A stretch of DNA of 64,000 bases from Candidatus Delongbacteria bacterium (GTDB lineage: Bacteria; CAIWAD01), in assembly GCA_041675285.1 (NCBI GenBank), contig JBAYTZ010000009.1, forward strand, positions 10,601-74,600. The letters run 5' to 3'. Shown one piece after another: positions 9,655 to 19,097 of this stretch (position 1 is the stretch's first letter; every line of letters starts with the position of its first letter). Both the position numbers and the translations under genes were made by a program. The notes under the pieces are model-generated. The model was given only the letters and a program-made list of their open reading frames with translations. It had not been told where the DNA came from and did no database searches.

Positions 9655-12399
9655 ATGCCTGCCCGCTTCCACTCTCACGGCCACGCGCTGGGCTTGGCCG
9701 CCCTGCTCCTGCTGGGGCTGGCCGCGCCGCCCGCCGCCCGCGCCGCGGACGATTACGACGCCTTCTTCAGCCTGAGCATCCCGGGTCCCGAGGGCGGGCC
9801 GAAGAAGGGCGGGGCCAAGGACGAGAAGCCGCCCTTCGCCGAGGTGCTGGCCGGGGCGGACACCCTGGGCGGGCTGTTCACGCTCTACCACCTGCCGCGC
9901 ACCGACGCCTGCTGGCTGGAGATCCAGCCCGACCAGTTGGGCCGGGACTATATCCTCTCCTTCACCCAGGAGACCGGCGCGGGCGGGCAGGGCGTGCTGG
10001 CCGGCGTGCCCGCCGGGCACATGGTGGTGCGCTTCGACAAGGTGGGCGAGCGCATCCTGCTCACCCGCCGCAACCTGATGTTCCGCGCCGCGGCCGAGCC
10101 CGCCGCCGCCATGGTGGAGCGTTCGCGCAGCGATTCGCCCCTGGCCAGTTTCAAGCTGGCCGCCCAGGCCGAACCCGAGCGCGGCTCGTGGCTGGTGCCG
10201 CTCAACGACTGGTTCCTGGGCGATCCCCTGCGCACGGCTCAGCGCCTGAAGCATGCCCTGGGCTCGGACTTCAGCCCCGTGGAGGGCCGCGGACGCTGGA
10301 CGCGCCTGCAGAGCTTCCCGGCCAACCTCGAGCTGGGCGCGCGGCTGGGCTTCCAGACCGAGCGGCCCGCCCAGGGCTGGAGCCTGCTGGAGGATCCACG
10401 CGCGCTGGAGATCGAGGTGCGGGCCAGTCTGTCGGAGCTGCCCGCCGCGCCCTTCACGCCCCGCCTGGCCGACCCGCGGGTGGGCTACTTCGAGACGGGC
10501 TGGCGGCTCTGGGGCGACGACGGCCGCGAGGATCCGATGGTCCACGTGGCCAACCGCTGGCGGCTGGAGAAGCGCGAACCGGAGGCCGCCCTGTCCGAGC
10601 CCGTCCAGCCCATCGTCTACTGGCTGGAGAACACCATTCCCGCGGAGTATCGCGCCGCCGTCCGCCGGGGCGCCGAACTCTGGAACCTGGCCTTCGAGCG
10701 GGCGGGCTTCCAGAACGCCTTCGTGGTGAAGCAGATGCCCGACGACGCGGACTGGGATCCGGCGGACATCCGCTACAACACCATCCGCTGGATCTCGTCC
10801 AACGAGCCCTCCTTCGGCGCCATGGGACCCAGCCAGGTCAATCCTTACACGGGCGAGATCCTCAACGCCGACATCGTGGTGGAAGCCGACATGGTGCGGC
10901 GCGTGGCCTGGGGCTGGCGGGCCAGTATCGCGCCGCTGGGTCGGCGCGCGGCGGACGCGGGCCAGGAAGCGGCTCTGCCCGCCGCGGGCGAGGGCCTGCT
11001 GCTGGCGCTCCAGCAGGCGGGCGAACGGCAGGCCGCGGCCTGGGCGGATCCCGAGCAGGGCGGCGTCCACTCCTGCAGCGTCGCCCAGGAGCTGGCCGAG
11101 CAGGCCGGGCTGGCCGGCGCGCGGCTGGCCTCCGCCGGCCAATTGGCGCCGGGTGATCCGCTGCCCTGGCCCATCGTGGAGCAGTACCTGATCCAGGTGG
11201 TGGCGCACGAAGTGGGCCACACCCTGGGCCTGCGCCACAACTTCGCGGCCAGCGCCCTGCTGCCCTTCGCCGGCCTCTGGGACTCCACGGCCACGGGGGC
11301 GACGGGCCTGACCGGCTCGGTGATGGAGTACAACGGGGCCTGCGTGGCCCTGGACCCGGCCCGCCAGGGCGATTACTACACGCGCACCTTGGGACCCTAC
11401 GACCTGTTCGCCATCGAGTGGGGCTACCGGCCCACGGGGGAGACGGATCCCGCCGCGGACGCCCGGGCCCTGCAGCCGCTGCTGGAGCGCTCCGCGCGCG
11501 AGGCGGGCCTGCGCTACGGCACGGACGAGGACGCCTACGACGTGCGCGGCTGGGGCAGCGCCGTGGATCCGGGCATCCGCGTCTTCGACCTGTCATCTGA
11601 CGAGGAGGCCTGGACGCGCCACCAGCTGGAGCTGGCCCGTGCGCTGCTGGCCACGGGGCCGGAGCAGATCCTCACGCCGGGCGACGATCCGGCCCTCTAC
11701 CGGCGCGCCTGGGAGCGGGCCTTCGGCGCCTACTGGGCCGCGCTGGAGCCGCTGCCCCGCTACGTGGGCGCGCTGGAATACCGCCGTCAGCCCTGGGGCC
11801 AGGGGGTGGATCCGCTGCAGGCCTGGGCCGTGGACGAGCAGCGCGCGCTGCTGGACCTGCTGCTGGCGGCGGCGCTGGATCCGGCTCCCTGGCGGGGAGC
11901 GGGCCCGGCCCTGGAGCGCTTCGGACCCGGCTGGAGCTGGAGTTTCGACGGCTCGCGCGAGGTGGAGCGGCTGGACACGCCGCTGCGCGGCTGGCTGGCC
12001 GAGCAACGGGGCCGCCTGCTGGCCGATCTCTACTGCCCGGCCCGGCTCTCCCGCGTGGTGGAGCTGGAGGCCCGCCTGCCCAAGGGGCGCGTGCTGGGCC
12101 TGGACGAGCTCTTCGCCAAGGTGCGGACCGGCATCTGGAGCCAGGCGCCCGCCGATCCGGCGGCCCGCGACCTGCAGCGCCTGCACGTGGGCCTCTTGAG
12201 CGAGCTTTTGTTGGAGAAGAAGCTGCGCGAGCTGCCCGAGGACGCGCGCCTGCTGGCCCGGGCGGACTTGCAGGGCATCCGCGCCCAGCTGGCGGCCTGG
12301 CAGAAGTCGGCGGGCGGCGACCGCCTGCAGGCCCAGCACCTGCAGGACCTGGCGGAGCGAATCACGCTGGCCCTGGAGCGGGAGCGGGCCAAACTGTAG
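9655..12399 (+). CDS. Secreted zinc-dependent metalloprotease (DUF5117/DUF4953-type)
   Basis: Signal peptide MPARFHSHGHALGLAALLLLGLAAPPAARA. HExxH motif VVAHEVGHTLGLRHNF followed by SVMEY. Confidence 0.85.
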   Translation: MPARFHSHGHALGLAALLLLGLAAPPAARAADDYDAFFSLSIPGPEGGPKKGGAKDEKPPFAEVLAGADTLGGLFTLYHLPRTDACWLEIQPDQLGRDYILSFTQETGAGGQGVLAGVPAGHMVVRFDKVGERILLTRRNLMFRAAAEPAAAMVERSRSDSPLASFKLAAQAEPERGSWLVPLNDWFLGDPLRTAQRLKHALGSDFSPVEGRGRWTRLQSFPANLELGARLGFQTERPAQGWSLLEDPRALEIEVRASLSELPAAPFTPRLADPRVGYFETGWRLWGDDGREDPMVHVANRWRLEKREPEAALSEPVQPIVYWLENTIPAEYRAAVRRGAELWNLAFERAGFQNAFVVKQMPDDADWDPADIRYNTIRWISSNEPSFGAMGPSQVNPYTGEILNADIVVEADMVRRVAWGWRASIAPLGRRAADAGQEAALPAAGEGLLLALQQAGERQAAAWADPEQGGVHSCSVAQELAEQAGLAGARLASAGQLAPGDPLPWPIVEQYLIQVVAHEVGHTLGLRHNFAASALLPFAGLWDSTATGATGLTGSVMEYNGACVALDPARQGDYYTRTLGPYDLFAIEWGYRPTGETDPAADARALQPLLERSAREAGLRYGTDEDAYDVRGWGSAVDPGIRVFDLSSDEEAWTRHQLELARALLATGPEQILTPGDDPALYRRAWERAFGAYWAALEPLPRYVGALEYRRQPWGQGVDPLQAWAVDEQRALLDLLLAAALDPAPWRGAGPALERFGPGWSWSFDGSREVERLDTPLRGWLAEQRGRLLADLYCPARLSRVVELEARLPKGRVLGLDELFAKVRTGIWSQAPADPAARDLQRLHVGLLSELLLEKKLRELPEDARLLARADLQGIRAQLAAWQKSAGGDRLQAQHLQDLAERITLALERERAKL

Positions 12400-12421
12400 C
12401 CCGCCCAGCCAGACAGACAAC

Positions 12422-12457
12422 AAAAGCGCGCGTTCCCCGGGGGGACGCGCGCTTTTT
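12422..12457. terminator. Bidirectional rho-independent terminator (metalloprotease / proS convergent pair)
   Basis: AAAAGCGCGCGT-TCCCCGGGGGG-ACGCGCGCTTTT(T): 12-bp stem flanked by A- and T-tracts. Confidence 0.8.
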
Positions 12458-12483
12458 CAGCGTCATGAAGAGCGCCGCAAGGC

Positions 12484-13920
12484 TCAGTAGGCGGTGGCGA
12501 ACAGGACGCGCCGCGCGCTGGGCTGGCCGCTGAACACGCAGGTGCCGGGCTCGTCCGCCCAGTCAAAGGGCAGGCAGCGGATGGTGGCCTTGGTGGCCTC
12601 CTTGATGGCCGCCTCGGTTTCGCCCGTGCCGTCCCAGTGGGCTTCCACCCATTTGCGCTCCTGGATCGCCTGCTGGAACTCCGCCCAGCTCTCCACGCGC
12701 ACGGTGCCCGCCGTGCGTCGCTCCAGCGCCTGCTGGTAGAGTTCGGCCTGCATGGTCTCCAGGATGCCGGCGATCCCGGCCTCCAGCTCGGCCAGGCTGA
12801 GAATCCGCTTCTGGCGGTCGTGGCGTGTCACCAGACAGACGCTGCCCTGGGCCGCGTCGCGCGGGCCGATCTCCAGCCGGAAGGGGATGCCCTGCTGGAC
12901 CCAGCCGAAGAAGCGGTCCGCCGGACGCTTGTCCGTGTCGGAATCCCAGATCACTTTCAACGCGCCCAGTTGGCTCTGCAGCAGCTCAAAGGCCCGGCGG
13001 GCGAAGGGTTCTACCGAGGCCCGCTCCTCGTCGTTCTTCCAGAGCGGCACCACCACGCCCAGCTTGGGGGCCAGCCGGGGCGGCACCACCAGCCCGTCGT
13101 CATCGGAGTGGGCCATGATCAGCGCGCCCACCAGCCGCGTGGAGACGCCCCACGAGGTGGTCCAGGCCAGCTGCTCGATGTTGTCGCGTCCGGTGAATTT
13201 GATCTCGAAGGCCCGGGCGAAGTTCTGCCCCAGGTTGTGGCTGGTGCCCATCTGCAGGGCCTTGCCGTCCTGCATGAAGCCCTCGATGCAGTAGGTGGCC
13301 ACGGCGCCGGGGAACTTTTCTTTCTCGGTCTTGCGGCCCTTGATCACCGGGATGGCCAGCACGTCCTCGGAGAAGGCGCGGTAGACCTCGAGCATCTTCA
13401 GCGTCTCGTCCTGGGCTTCCTCCGCCGTCTCGTGGGCCGTGTGGCCCTCCTGCCAGAGGAACTCGCTGGTGCGCAGGAAGAGGCGCGTGCGCATCTCCCA
13501 GCGCAGCACGTTGGCCCACTGGTTGATCAGGATGGGCAGCTCGCGCCAGCTGGTCAGCCACTTGGCGTACATGTGGCCGATGATGGTCTCGCTGGTGGGG
13601 CGGATGTAGAGCGGCTCGTCGAGCTTCTTGCCGCCGCCGTGGGTGACCACGGCACATTCCGGCGCGAAGCCCTCCACGTGCTCGGCCTCCTTGGTCATGA
13701 AGGACTCAGGGATGAGCAGCGGGAAGTAGGCGTTGACGTGGCCGGTCTCCTTGAAGCGGCGGTCCAGGTCCGCCTGCATGCTCTCCCAGAGGGCGTAACC
13801 CGTGGGACGGATGACCATGGCGCCCTTGACGGGCGAGTAGTCGGCCAGCTGGCCGGCCTTGATGACGTCCAGGTACCACTCGGAGTAGTCCTGGGAACGG
13901 GCGGTGATGTTGCGGGCCAC
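12484..13920 (-). CDS. proS: Proline--tRNA ligase (archaeal/eukaryote-like class II type)
   Basis: ITARSQDYSEWYLDVIKAGQLADYSPVKGAMVIRPTGYALWE...TSHNLGQNFA...FATAY. GTG 13920 chosen as start; the ORF-track start at 14016 adds 32 R/P-rich residues and is less likely. Confidence 0.9.
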   Translation of the reverse strand: MARNITARSQDYSEWYLDVIKAGQLADYSPVKGAMVIRPTGYALWESMQADLDRRFKETGHVNAYFPLLIPESFMTKEAEHVEGFAPECAVVTHGGGKKLDEPLYIRPTSETIIGHMYAKWLTSWRELPILINQWANVLRWEMRTRLFLRTSEFLWQEGHTAHETAEEAQDETLKMLEVYRAFSEDVLAIPVIKGRKTEKEKFPGAVATYCIEGFMQDGKALQMGTSHNLGQNFARAFEIKFTGRDNIEQLAWTTSWGVSTRLVGALIMAHSDDDGLVVPPRLAPKLGVVVPLWKNDEERASVEPFARRAFELLQSQLGALKVIWDSDTDKRPADRFFGWVQQGIPFRLEIGPRDAAQGSVCLVTRHDRQKRILSLAELEAGIAGILETMQAELYQQALERRTAGTVRVESWAEFQQAIQERKWVEAHWDGTGETEAAIKEATKATIRCLPFDWADEPGTCVFSGQPSARRVLFATAY

Positions 13921-14028
13921 GGTGCGTCCTTTGTTGTCAGGGATTGGCGCCCCAAGGTACGCAACGAGGGCCGGCCGGCGGAAGGGGCCAGAAGCCGGCC
14001 GCCGGCGCACTGACAACCTTCAAGACAA

Positions 14029-14055
14029 CTCTGTGTCTCTGTGACTCTGTGGTGG
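14029..14055. repeat. Solo arm of the CACAGAG-type octamer array (element A)
   Basis: CTCTGTG-T-CTCTGTG-A-CTCTGTG-GTGG on the + strand, between the phr stop and the proS start. No partner arm within the spacer. Confidence 0.85.
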
Positions 14056-14075
14056 TTCTCTCCAGCGGCATCAAC

Positions 14076-15452
14076 TCAGGGCCGGGCCCGAAAGCGCTCC
14101 CAGGCCGCCAGCGCTTCCTGCCGACCCTGGACGGGATCCGGCTGCGCCGCCGGGTAGCCCGTGGCCGCCCGCTCAAGGGGTGTCAGCGTCCAGGCCCGGC
14201 GGGCCGTCTCCAGGGAGAGCGAGTTCAGTTCGGGCAGCCAGCGCCTCAGCAGGCGCCCGTCGGGATCTGCGCGCTCGGCCTGCCTTTCCGGGCTGAAGAG
14301 CCGGAACCAGGGCTGGGCGTCCACGCCGCAACCCGCGCACCACTGCCAGTTCATGGCGTTCAGCGCCGGGTCCCAGTCCACCAGCCACTCCTCGAAGACC
14401 TTGAGTCCGTCCGTCCAGGGCTGGCCCAGCTGCTTGACCAGCCAGGTGCCCGTCATCATCCGCAGGCGGTTGTGGATCCAGCCCTCCGCGTAGAGCTGGC
14501 GCTGGGCGGCATCCACGATGGGAATGCCCGTCCGGCCTGCGCGCCAGGCGGCCAGCCGTGCGGCGTCCGGGCGGCGCGGAAAGTCCCGCCAGGCCGGGGC
14601 GACGGGTTCCCAGGCCAGGTCGGGATGCTCGCGCAAGAGGGCCAGGGCGTACTCACGCCAGATCAGCTGGCGCTGCAGGCTGCGGGCCCGGGCCGCCCGG
14701 GCGGGATCCCGCGCCTCCTCGTCCAGGGCCTGCCAGACCGTGCGCGGGCCCAGCTCGCCCCGGGCCAGCCAGGGCGAAAGAAAGGACGAACCGCCGCCGT
14801 CGGCGCGCTCCCAGGCGGCGGGATCCGCCGGCCAATCCGCCTCCCGGAAGGCCTGCAGGCGGGCCAGCGCCGCGGCCTCGCCGGGTTGCCAGTTGCCGGC
14901 GGGCAGGGCCGGGGCGGCGGGGAGATCCGCCAGGCGCAGGCGGTAGTTCGCCAGCTCGGCGGGGAGCGCGCCCAGCCAGGGATGTTGGTCCGGCTCCGGT
15001 CGCGGTGCGCTGATCTCCACCCGGGACACGAAGAGGCGCTGGAAGGCCGAGAAGGAGCGCGGCAGGCGCCCGGCCGGGCCGATCAACAGCTCGGGCTGGG
15101 GACAGAGGCCTGGTTCGTGCAGGATGGGAGTCAGGCCTGCCACCACCAGCCGGGTCCGCGCCGCGGCGGCGGCGGCGGGATCGCCCAGATCCAGCTGCAC
15201 TTCGCGGCGCGGATCCAGCCCGCGCAGCGCGTCCCAGGCCGCTGCGTCCAGTCGGCGGGCGTCCAGCACGGGCCGGCCGGCAGCTTCCGCCTCCGCCAGA
15301 AAGAGGCGCAGGCTGCGGGCGCGCCAGGCACCGGACCGCTCCGGCAGCGGCGGGGCGGGGTCCAGGATCAGCAGCGCGGGTTCGTCCCGGGCCACCGCCA
15401 GAGCGGGATTGTCGTGCCGGCGCAGGCTGTGGGTCAACCAGACGAGAGTCAT
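14076..15452 (-). CDS. phr: Deoxyribodipyrimidine photolyase / cryptochrome family protein
   Basis: MTLVWLTHSLRRHDNPAL N-terminus. FAD-binding region WIHNRLRMMTGTWLVKQL...MNWQWCAGCGVDAQPWFRLFSP. Confidence 0.9.
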   Translation of the reverse strand: MTLVWLTHSLRRHDNPALAVARDEPALLILDPAPPLPERSGAWRARSLRLFLAEAEAAGRPVLDARRLDAAAWDALRGLDPRREVQLDLGDPAAAAAARTRLVVAGLTPILHEPGLCPQPELLIGPAGRLPRSFSAFQRLFVSRVEISAPRPEPDQHPWLGALPAELANYRLRLADLPAAPALPAGNWQPGEAAALARLQAFREADWPADPAAWERADGGGSSFLSPWLARGELGPRTVWQALDEEARDPARAARARSLQRQLIWREYALALLREHPDLAWEPVAPAWRDFPRRPDAARLAAWRAGRTGIPIVDAAQRQLYAEGWIHNRLRMMTGTWLVKQLGQPWTDGLKVFEEWLVDWDPALNAMNWQWCAGCGVDAQPWFRLFSPERQAERADPDGRLLRRWLPELNSLSLETARRAWTLTPLERAATGYPAAQPDPVQGRQEALAAWERFRARP

Positions 15453-15541
15453 GGGGCCTCCTTTCTATTCCAACGTGGCACTTGCTGCGGAGCCCACCGC
15501 CATGCCGCCGCTGTCCAGCGCGCAGGACGAATCGCCGAGTT

Positions 15542-15629
15542 GGTGTCAGGCACCGTGCCTGGCACCGTGCCTGACACGGCAGAGACACCGCGGCGGACAG
15601 CGCTGGTGTCTGGCACGATGCCTGACACC
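15542..15629. repeat. Palindromic GTGCC(T/A)GRCAC cluster (element I) in the phr/GH57 divergent spacer
   Basis: GGTGTCAGGCACCGTGCCTGGCACCGTGCCTGACAC (15542-15577) and GGTGTCTGGCACGATGCCTGACACC (15605-15629). The outer 12-mers are inverted copies (11/12). Confidence 0.8.
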
Positions 15630-15719
15630 AGCCTGCTCAACCTTTGCCCTCAGTCCAGTTGGAATTCCCGTGCCCTCACCCCACCTTCCCTCCGCTTGTC
15701 CAGCTTTGCGGAGATCCTC

Positions 15720-18700
15720 ATGAACCGTCGCACCCTGATGGCTGCCGGCCTCGGCCTGGCCCTGTTGTCCACGGCCCGGGCCGCTGTCTACACCACCTAT
15801 CACTGGCACCAGCAGCAGCCCATCTACTGGCCGCAGACCTCGGCCCTGGGTCCGCCGGCCATCGAGACGGCCTGGGAATCCATCCAGCGTAGGAACGCCG
15901 GAGCCGCCCACCCGGAGAATGACGTGGCCGAGATCTTCAGCGTGGCCGACCGCGTGGCCGCCTACCAGGGCCGGATGCGCGACGCCGTGGGCCTGATGAG
16001 CGGTCCCAGTTCCGGCGCCCAGGTGAGCTACGCGGGCTGCCTGATCGACAACATCGCCAGCCTGGGCGCGCACTTTTCCCTGGGCTACAGCCCGTCGTGG
16101 AACCAGGGCATCCGCCAGGCCCGCGGCTGGCTCACGCCGGGCGGCCTGCCGCGCCTGGACCTGGTGCTGACGCCCTACCACCACAGCATCGCGCCCCTGA
16201 TCGACGAAGAGGCCCTGCGGATGGAGATCCGCATCGCCAAGCTGGCCCACGCCCGGGCCTGGGGCAGCGCGCCGGGGCTCTCGTCGGGCTTCTTCCCGCC
16301 GGAGATGTGCTTCAGCGAACGCATCATCCCCGTGCTGGCGGAGGAAGGAGTTCAGTGGACTTTCGTCCCCAATACCCACCTCAGCCGGGCCTGCGCGAAC
16401 TTTCCGCTGATCCTGGGCACGGGGGGCGAGAACTGTGATCCGCCCAACCGCGCCGACCAGCTCAATCCCGCCCAGAGCACCTGGTGGAGCCGCACCATCA
16501 GCCGCGGCTGCACGCCCACCAATGCCGCTCCCTTTGCGATGCGGCCCCACAAGGCCGAGTATGTGAACCCCGAAACGGGCGTGGCCAGCTCCGTCACCGT
16601 GGTGCCGATGGAGATGGCCATGAGCTGGCAGGACGGCTACCAGATGTACGGGCTGGAGGACATCAACCAGGTGGCGGCGACCAGCGAGGCCGCCCAGCCG
16701 CTGCTCATTGTGCTGGGCCACGACGGCGACAACGCCTGGGGCGGCGGCTACAGCTACTACCTGGAGAGCGTGCCCCAGTTCACCAGCCAGGCCGTGGCCG
16801 CGGGCTACACGCCCACCGTCGTGCAGCAGTATCTGCTAGAGCATCCGGTCTCCGCCGCGGACCTCGTCCACGTGGAGGACGGCGGCTGGGTGAACGCCGA
16901 CGGCGATTTCGGCAGCCCGGATTTCATCAACTGGAACTGGCCCCTCACCGGCCCCGACGGCTTCGACATCCCCGGCGGCTGGGCCGAGGACGAGCGCAAC
17001 TGGGCCGTGATCACCGCCGCCCAGAACTACGTGCAGACCGCCGCCGAGCTGGACGGCAACGTGGATCCCGCCAGCGTGATGGACCCCGTGGCCCATCCGG
17101 CCAGCGCGGCCGAACTGGCGTGGCACCACTTCCTGCCCGCGCTGGAGAGCGGCTACATGTATTACGGCGCGGCGCTGGACATGGAACTCAAGCCCACCGT
17201 GGCCTGCAACACGGCCATCGGCCACGCCAGCCAGGTGATCGGCTCCGGCGCGGGGGAGACCACGCCGCCCACCATCTGGGCGCCCCAGCAACTGCCCCAC
17301 AATCCGGGCGAGACGGGCTTCGGCAGCCTCTGGGGCTACACGCCCACCTTCCACAGCCGCGACTTCTGGATCTGGAGTTTCGTGCACGACGTCTCCGGCC
17401 TGGACAGCGTGAGCTGGCACTACCGCATTGACGCCGACGGACTGAACCCGCTGGGCAGCCACCAGAACGAGACCTTCGCCGGCGGGCCGGAAGTGGGCTC
17501 CTGGCGCAGCCGGCCCATGAACCGCCGCGTGTTTCCCACGGGCAACGTCTACAACGACCCCAACATCAACTTCTCCGTGCTGCCCACGGCCATCGCTGAT
17601 GAATACTGGATCCACGTGACGGAGCCCGAGCTGACCGCCACCGGCGGCCTGCTCATCGACTATTACGTGGAAGCCCGGGACACGCGCGGCAACGTCAAGA
17701 AGAGCCCCATCCTGCACACCTGGATCGGCACGGGCGAGGGCCAGGGCGGCGGAACGGGGGACGAGCGCGTCTCCTGGTGGCCCGTGCCCGCCCAGGCCGG
17801 CCAGGCCTTCACCGTGCAGTACCGGCTGGAGGGCGGTCCGCTGCCGGCGGGAACGAACCCCGTCTATCTGCACTACGGCTTCAACGGCTGGGAGGGCGTG
17901 GCGGACGTGGCCCTCAGCTGGGCGGCAGACAGCGCGGCCTGGCGCGGCACTCTGACCCTGCCCCAGGGCGCCGAGCAGGTGGACTTCGTGTTCCACGACA
18001 ACCTGGGCCACTGGGACAACCACAGCGGCCAGGACTGGCACGTGCCCGTGGAAGGCGCGGCGGCGGACTGGGTAATGGACGGCGCGCTGGATCCGGACGC
18101 CCTGCTGCTGGCCCAGAATGCGGGTCTGCAGCTCTGGGGCGGCTGGAACGGCAGCCGGCTCTACCTGGCGGGCACGCCGGCCCAGAACGCGCGCGACCAT
18201 TTCCTCTTCGTGTCCGCGCCCCCCGGCGCCCTGCGCGCCGCGCCCTGGGCCAAGGCCGGCCAGGTGGCGGGCTGGGGCGGCTATCTGGCCAACGAGGTTA
18301 GCAACGGCTGGTGCGGCTGGTTCGACGCCGGCGCCGGGGCGCCGGTTCAGGCCCGCGGCGCCGTGCTCGAGGGCAGCCTGGATCCCGCCGCGCTCTTCGG
18401 CGCGCTGCCGGACACGGTTTGGCTGGCGCTGGGCGCCTTTGGCAACGCCGATGGCGGCGCTCTGCAGGCGCAGGTCCCGCTCGCGCTCGACGGCGACGGC
18501 AGTCTGGAGGCCGGGGAATGGCTGGCCTTCCCGCTGGCCACGCCCGGGTTCGGGTCGGTGGAGGATTTGAGCATTCTACGGCAGGCGGACGGCAGCATCC
18601 GGCTGGCCTGGACGGCGCCGACCCCGCCGGCGGGCTGGACGCTGGCCGGCTTCGCGGTGGAGGGCTCGCCCACGGGCTACGGCGGCTGGCAGGGCCTGGC

Positions 18701-18791
18701 TCTGACCGGGGCCACCAGCTGGACGGATGGTGCCACCCCCGGCCTGCCCCAGCGCGGCTATCGCGTGCGGGCCCGCTACGAGCGGCGCTGA
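15720..18791 (+). CDS. Secreted GH57-family glycoside hydrolase with long C-terminal carbohydrate-binding-like region
   Basis: Signal peptide MNRRTLMAAGLGLALLSTARA. GH57 hallmarks: YHWHQQQPIYWP, LVLTPYHHSIAPLI, FFPPEMCFSERIIPVLAEEGVQWTF. C-terminal starch-binding-like module VYLHYGFNGWEGV...FVFHDNLGHWDNHSGQDWHV. The upstream part of ORF 13944 is antisense to phr and is rejected. Confidence 0.85.
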   Translation: MNRRTLMAAGLGLALLSTARAAVYTTYHWHQQQPIYWPQTSALGPPAIETAWESIQRRNAGAAHPENDVAEIFSVADRVAAYQGRMRDAVGLMSGPSSGAQVSYAGCLIDNIASLGAHFSLGYSPSWNQGIRQARGWLTPGGLPRLDLVLTPYHHSIAPLIDEEALRMEIRIAKLAHARAWGSAPGLSSGFFPPEMCFSERIIPVLAEEGVQWTFVPNTHLSRACANFPLILGTGGENCDPPNRADQLNPAQSTWWSRTISRGCTPTNAAPFAMRPHKAEYVNPETGVASSVTVVPMEMAMSWQDGYQMYGLEDINQVAATSEAAQPLLIVLGHDGDNAWGGGYSYYLESVPQFTSQAVAAGYTPTVVQQYLLEHPVSAADLVHVEDGGWVNADGDFGSPDFINWNWPLTGPDGFDIPGGWAEDERNWAVITAAQNYVQTAAELDGNVDPASVMDPVAHPASAAELAWHHFLPALESGYMYYGAALDMELKPTVACNTAIGHASQVIGSGAGETTPPTIWAPQQLPHNPGETGFGSLWGYTPTFHSRDFWIWSFVHDVSGLDSVSWHYRIDADGLNPLGSHQNETFAGGPEVGSWRSRPMNRRVFPTGNVYNDPNINFSVLPTAIADEYWIHVTEPELTATGGLLIDYYVEARDTRGNVKKSPILHTWIGTGEGQGGGTGDERVSWWPVPAQAGQAFTVQYRLEGGPLPAGTNPVYLHYGFNGWEGVADVALSWAADSAAWRGTLTLPQGAEQVDFVFHDNLGHWDNHSGQDWHVPVEGAAADWVMDGALDPDALLLAQNAGLQLWGGWNGSRLYLAGTPAQNARDHFLFVSAPPGALRAAPWAKAGQVAGWGGYLANEVSNGWCGWFDAGAGAPVQARGAVLEGSLDPAALFGALPDTVWLALGAFGNADGGALQAQVPLALDGDGSLEAGEWLAFPLATPGFGSVEDLSILRQADGSIRLAWTAPTPPAGWTLAGFAVEGSPTGYGGWQGLALTGATSWTDGATPGLPQRGYRVRARYERR

Positions 18792-18808
18792 GCGTCTCCC
18801 GCGGTTTT

Positions 18809-19074
18809 CACCACAGAGATGCAGAGGCACAGTTTTTTTGGGGGAGTATTGCCGGAGTGGGGGTGGCTTAGCCTGTCAGACATGGTGCACACGAGGGCTT
18901 GAAGAATCAAAGATGAACTGGACCGCGTGAGGTGAAGGCCAGTGGTCTGACCGCCCAGGCACTAGTTCCAACCGCAGGGCAGAGATTGCAAGAGATAGAA
19001 AGGCAGGCTGTGGGATGATCCACGCTCCAGCTTCACTCCAGCTTTCCGTGTCTCTGTGTCTCCGTGTCTCTGTG
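18809..19074. repeat. Paired inverted octamer-array element B (CACAGAG type)
   Basis: Left arm CACCACAGAGATGCAGAGGCACAG (18809-18832) followed by T7. 213-bp core. Right arm CCGTGTCTCTGTGTCTCCGTGTCTCTGTG (19046-19074). Confidence 0.85.
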
Positions 19075-19097
19075 TTTGTTCCAAGAACGGGAAAGGC

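Noticed and set aside
15560-15625. TGGCAC motifs inside the GTGCCAGG-type repeats as sigma-54 -24 boxes (also on the minus strand of 59063-59139)
   Set aside because: The required TTGC at the -12 spacing is absent (e.g. TGGCACGATGCCTGA). The TGGCAC is simply part of the repeat unit.
13944-15719. N-terminal 592 codons of the 1615-aa ORF 13944..18791
   Set aside because: This part is antisense to the photolyase gene and crosses the palindromic spacer. A clean signal peptide begins at ATG 15720 (MNRRTLMAAGLGLALL), so the GH57 gene starts there.
19056-19097. Upstream alternative starts for the EamA (GTG 19056), DUF3365 (TTG 20168), thpR (42370) and apt (46537) ORFs
   Set aside because: The extra codons are translations of repeat arms (MSPCLCVCSK, MFVFSVSPWLCV, ...HEAHEGQEE..., MSFVAELV). 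For the DUF3365 protein the extension would bury the lipoprotein signal peptide. The in-frame continuity is recorded as a finding but not accepted as coding.
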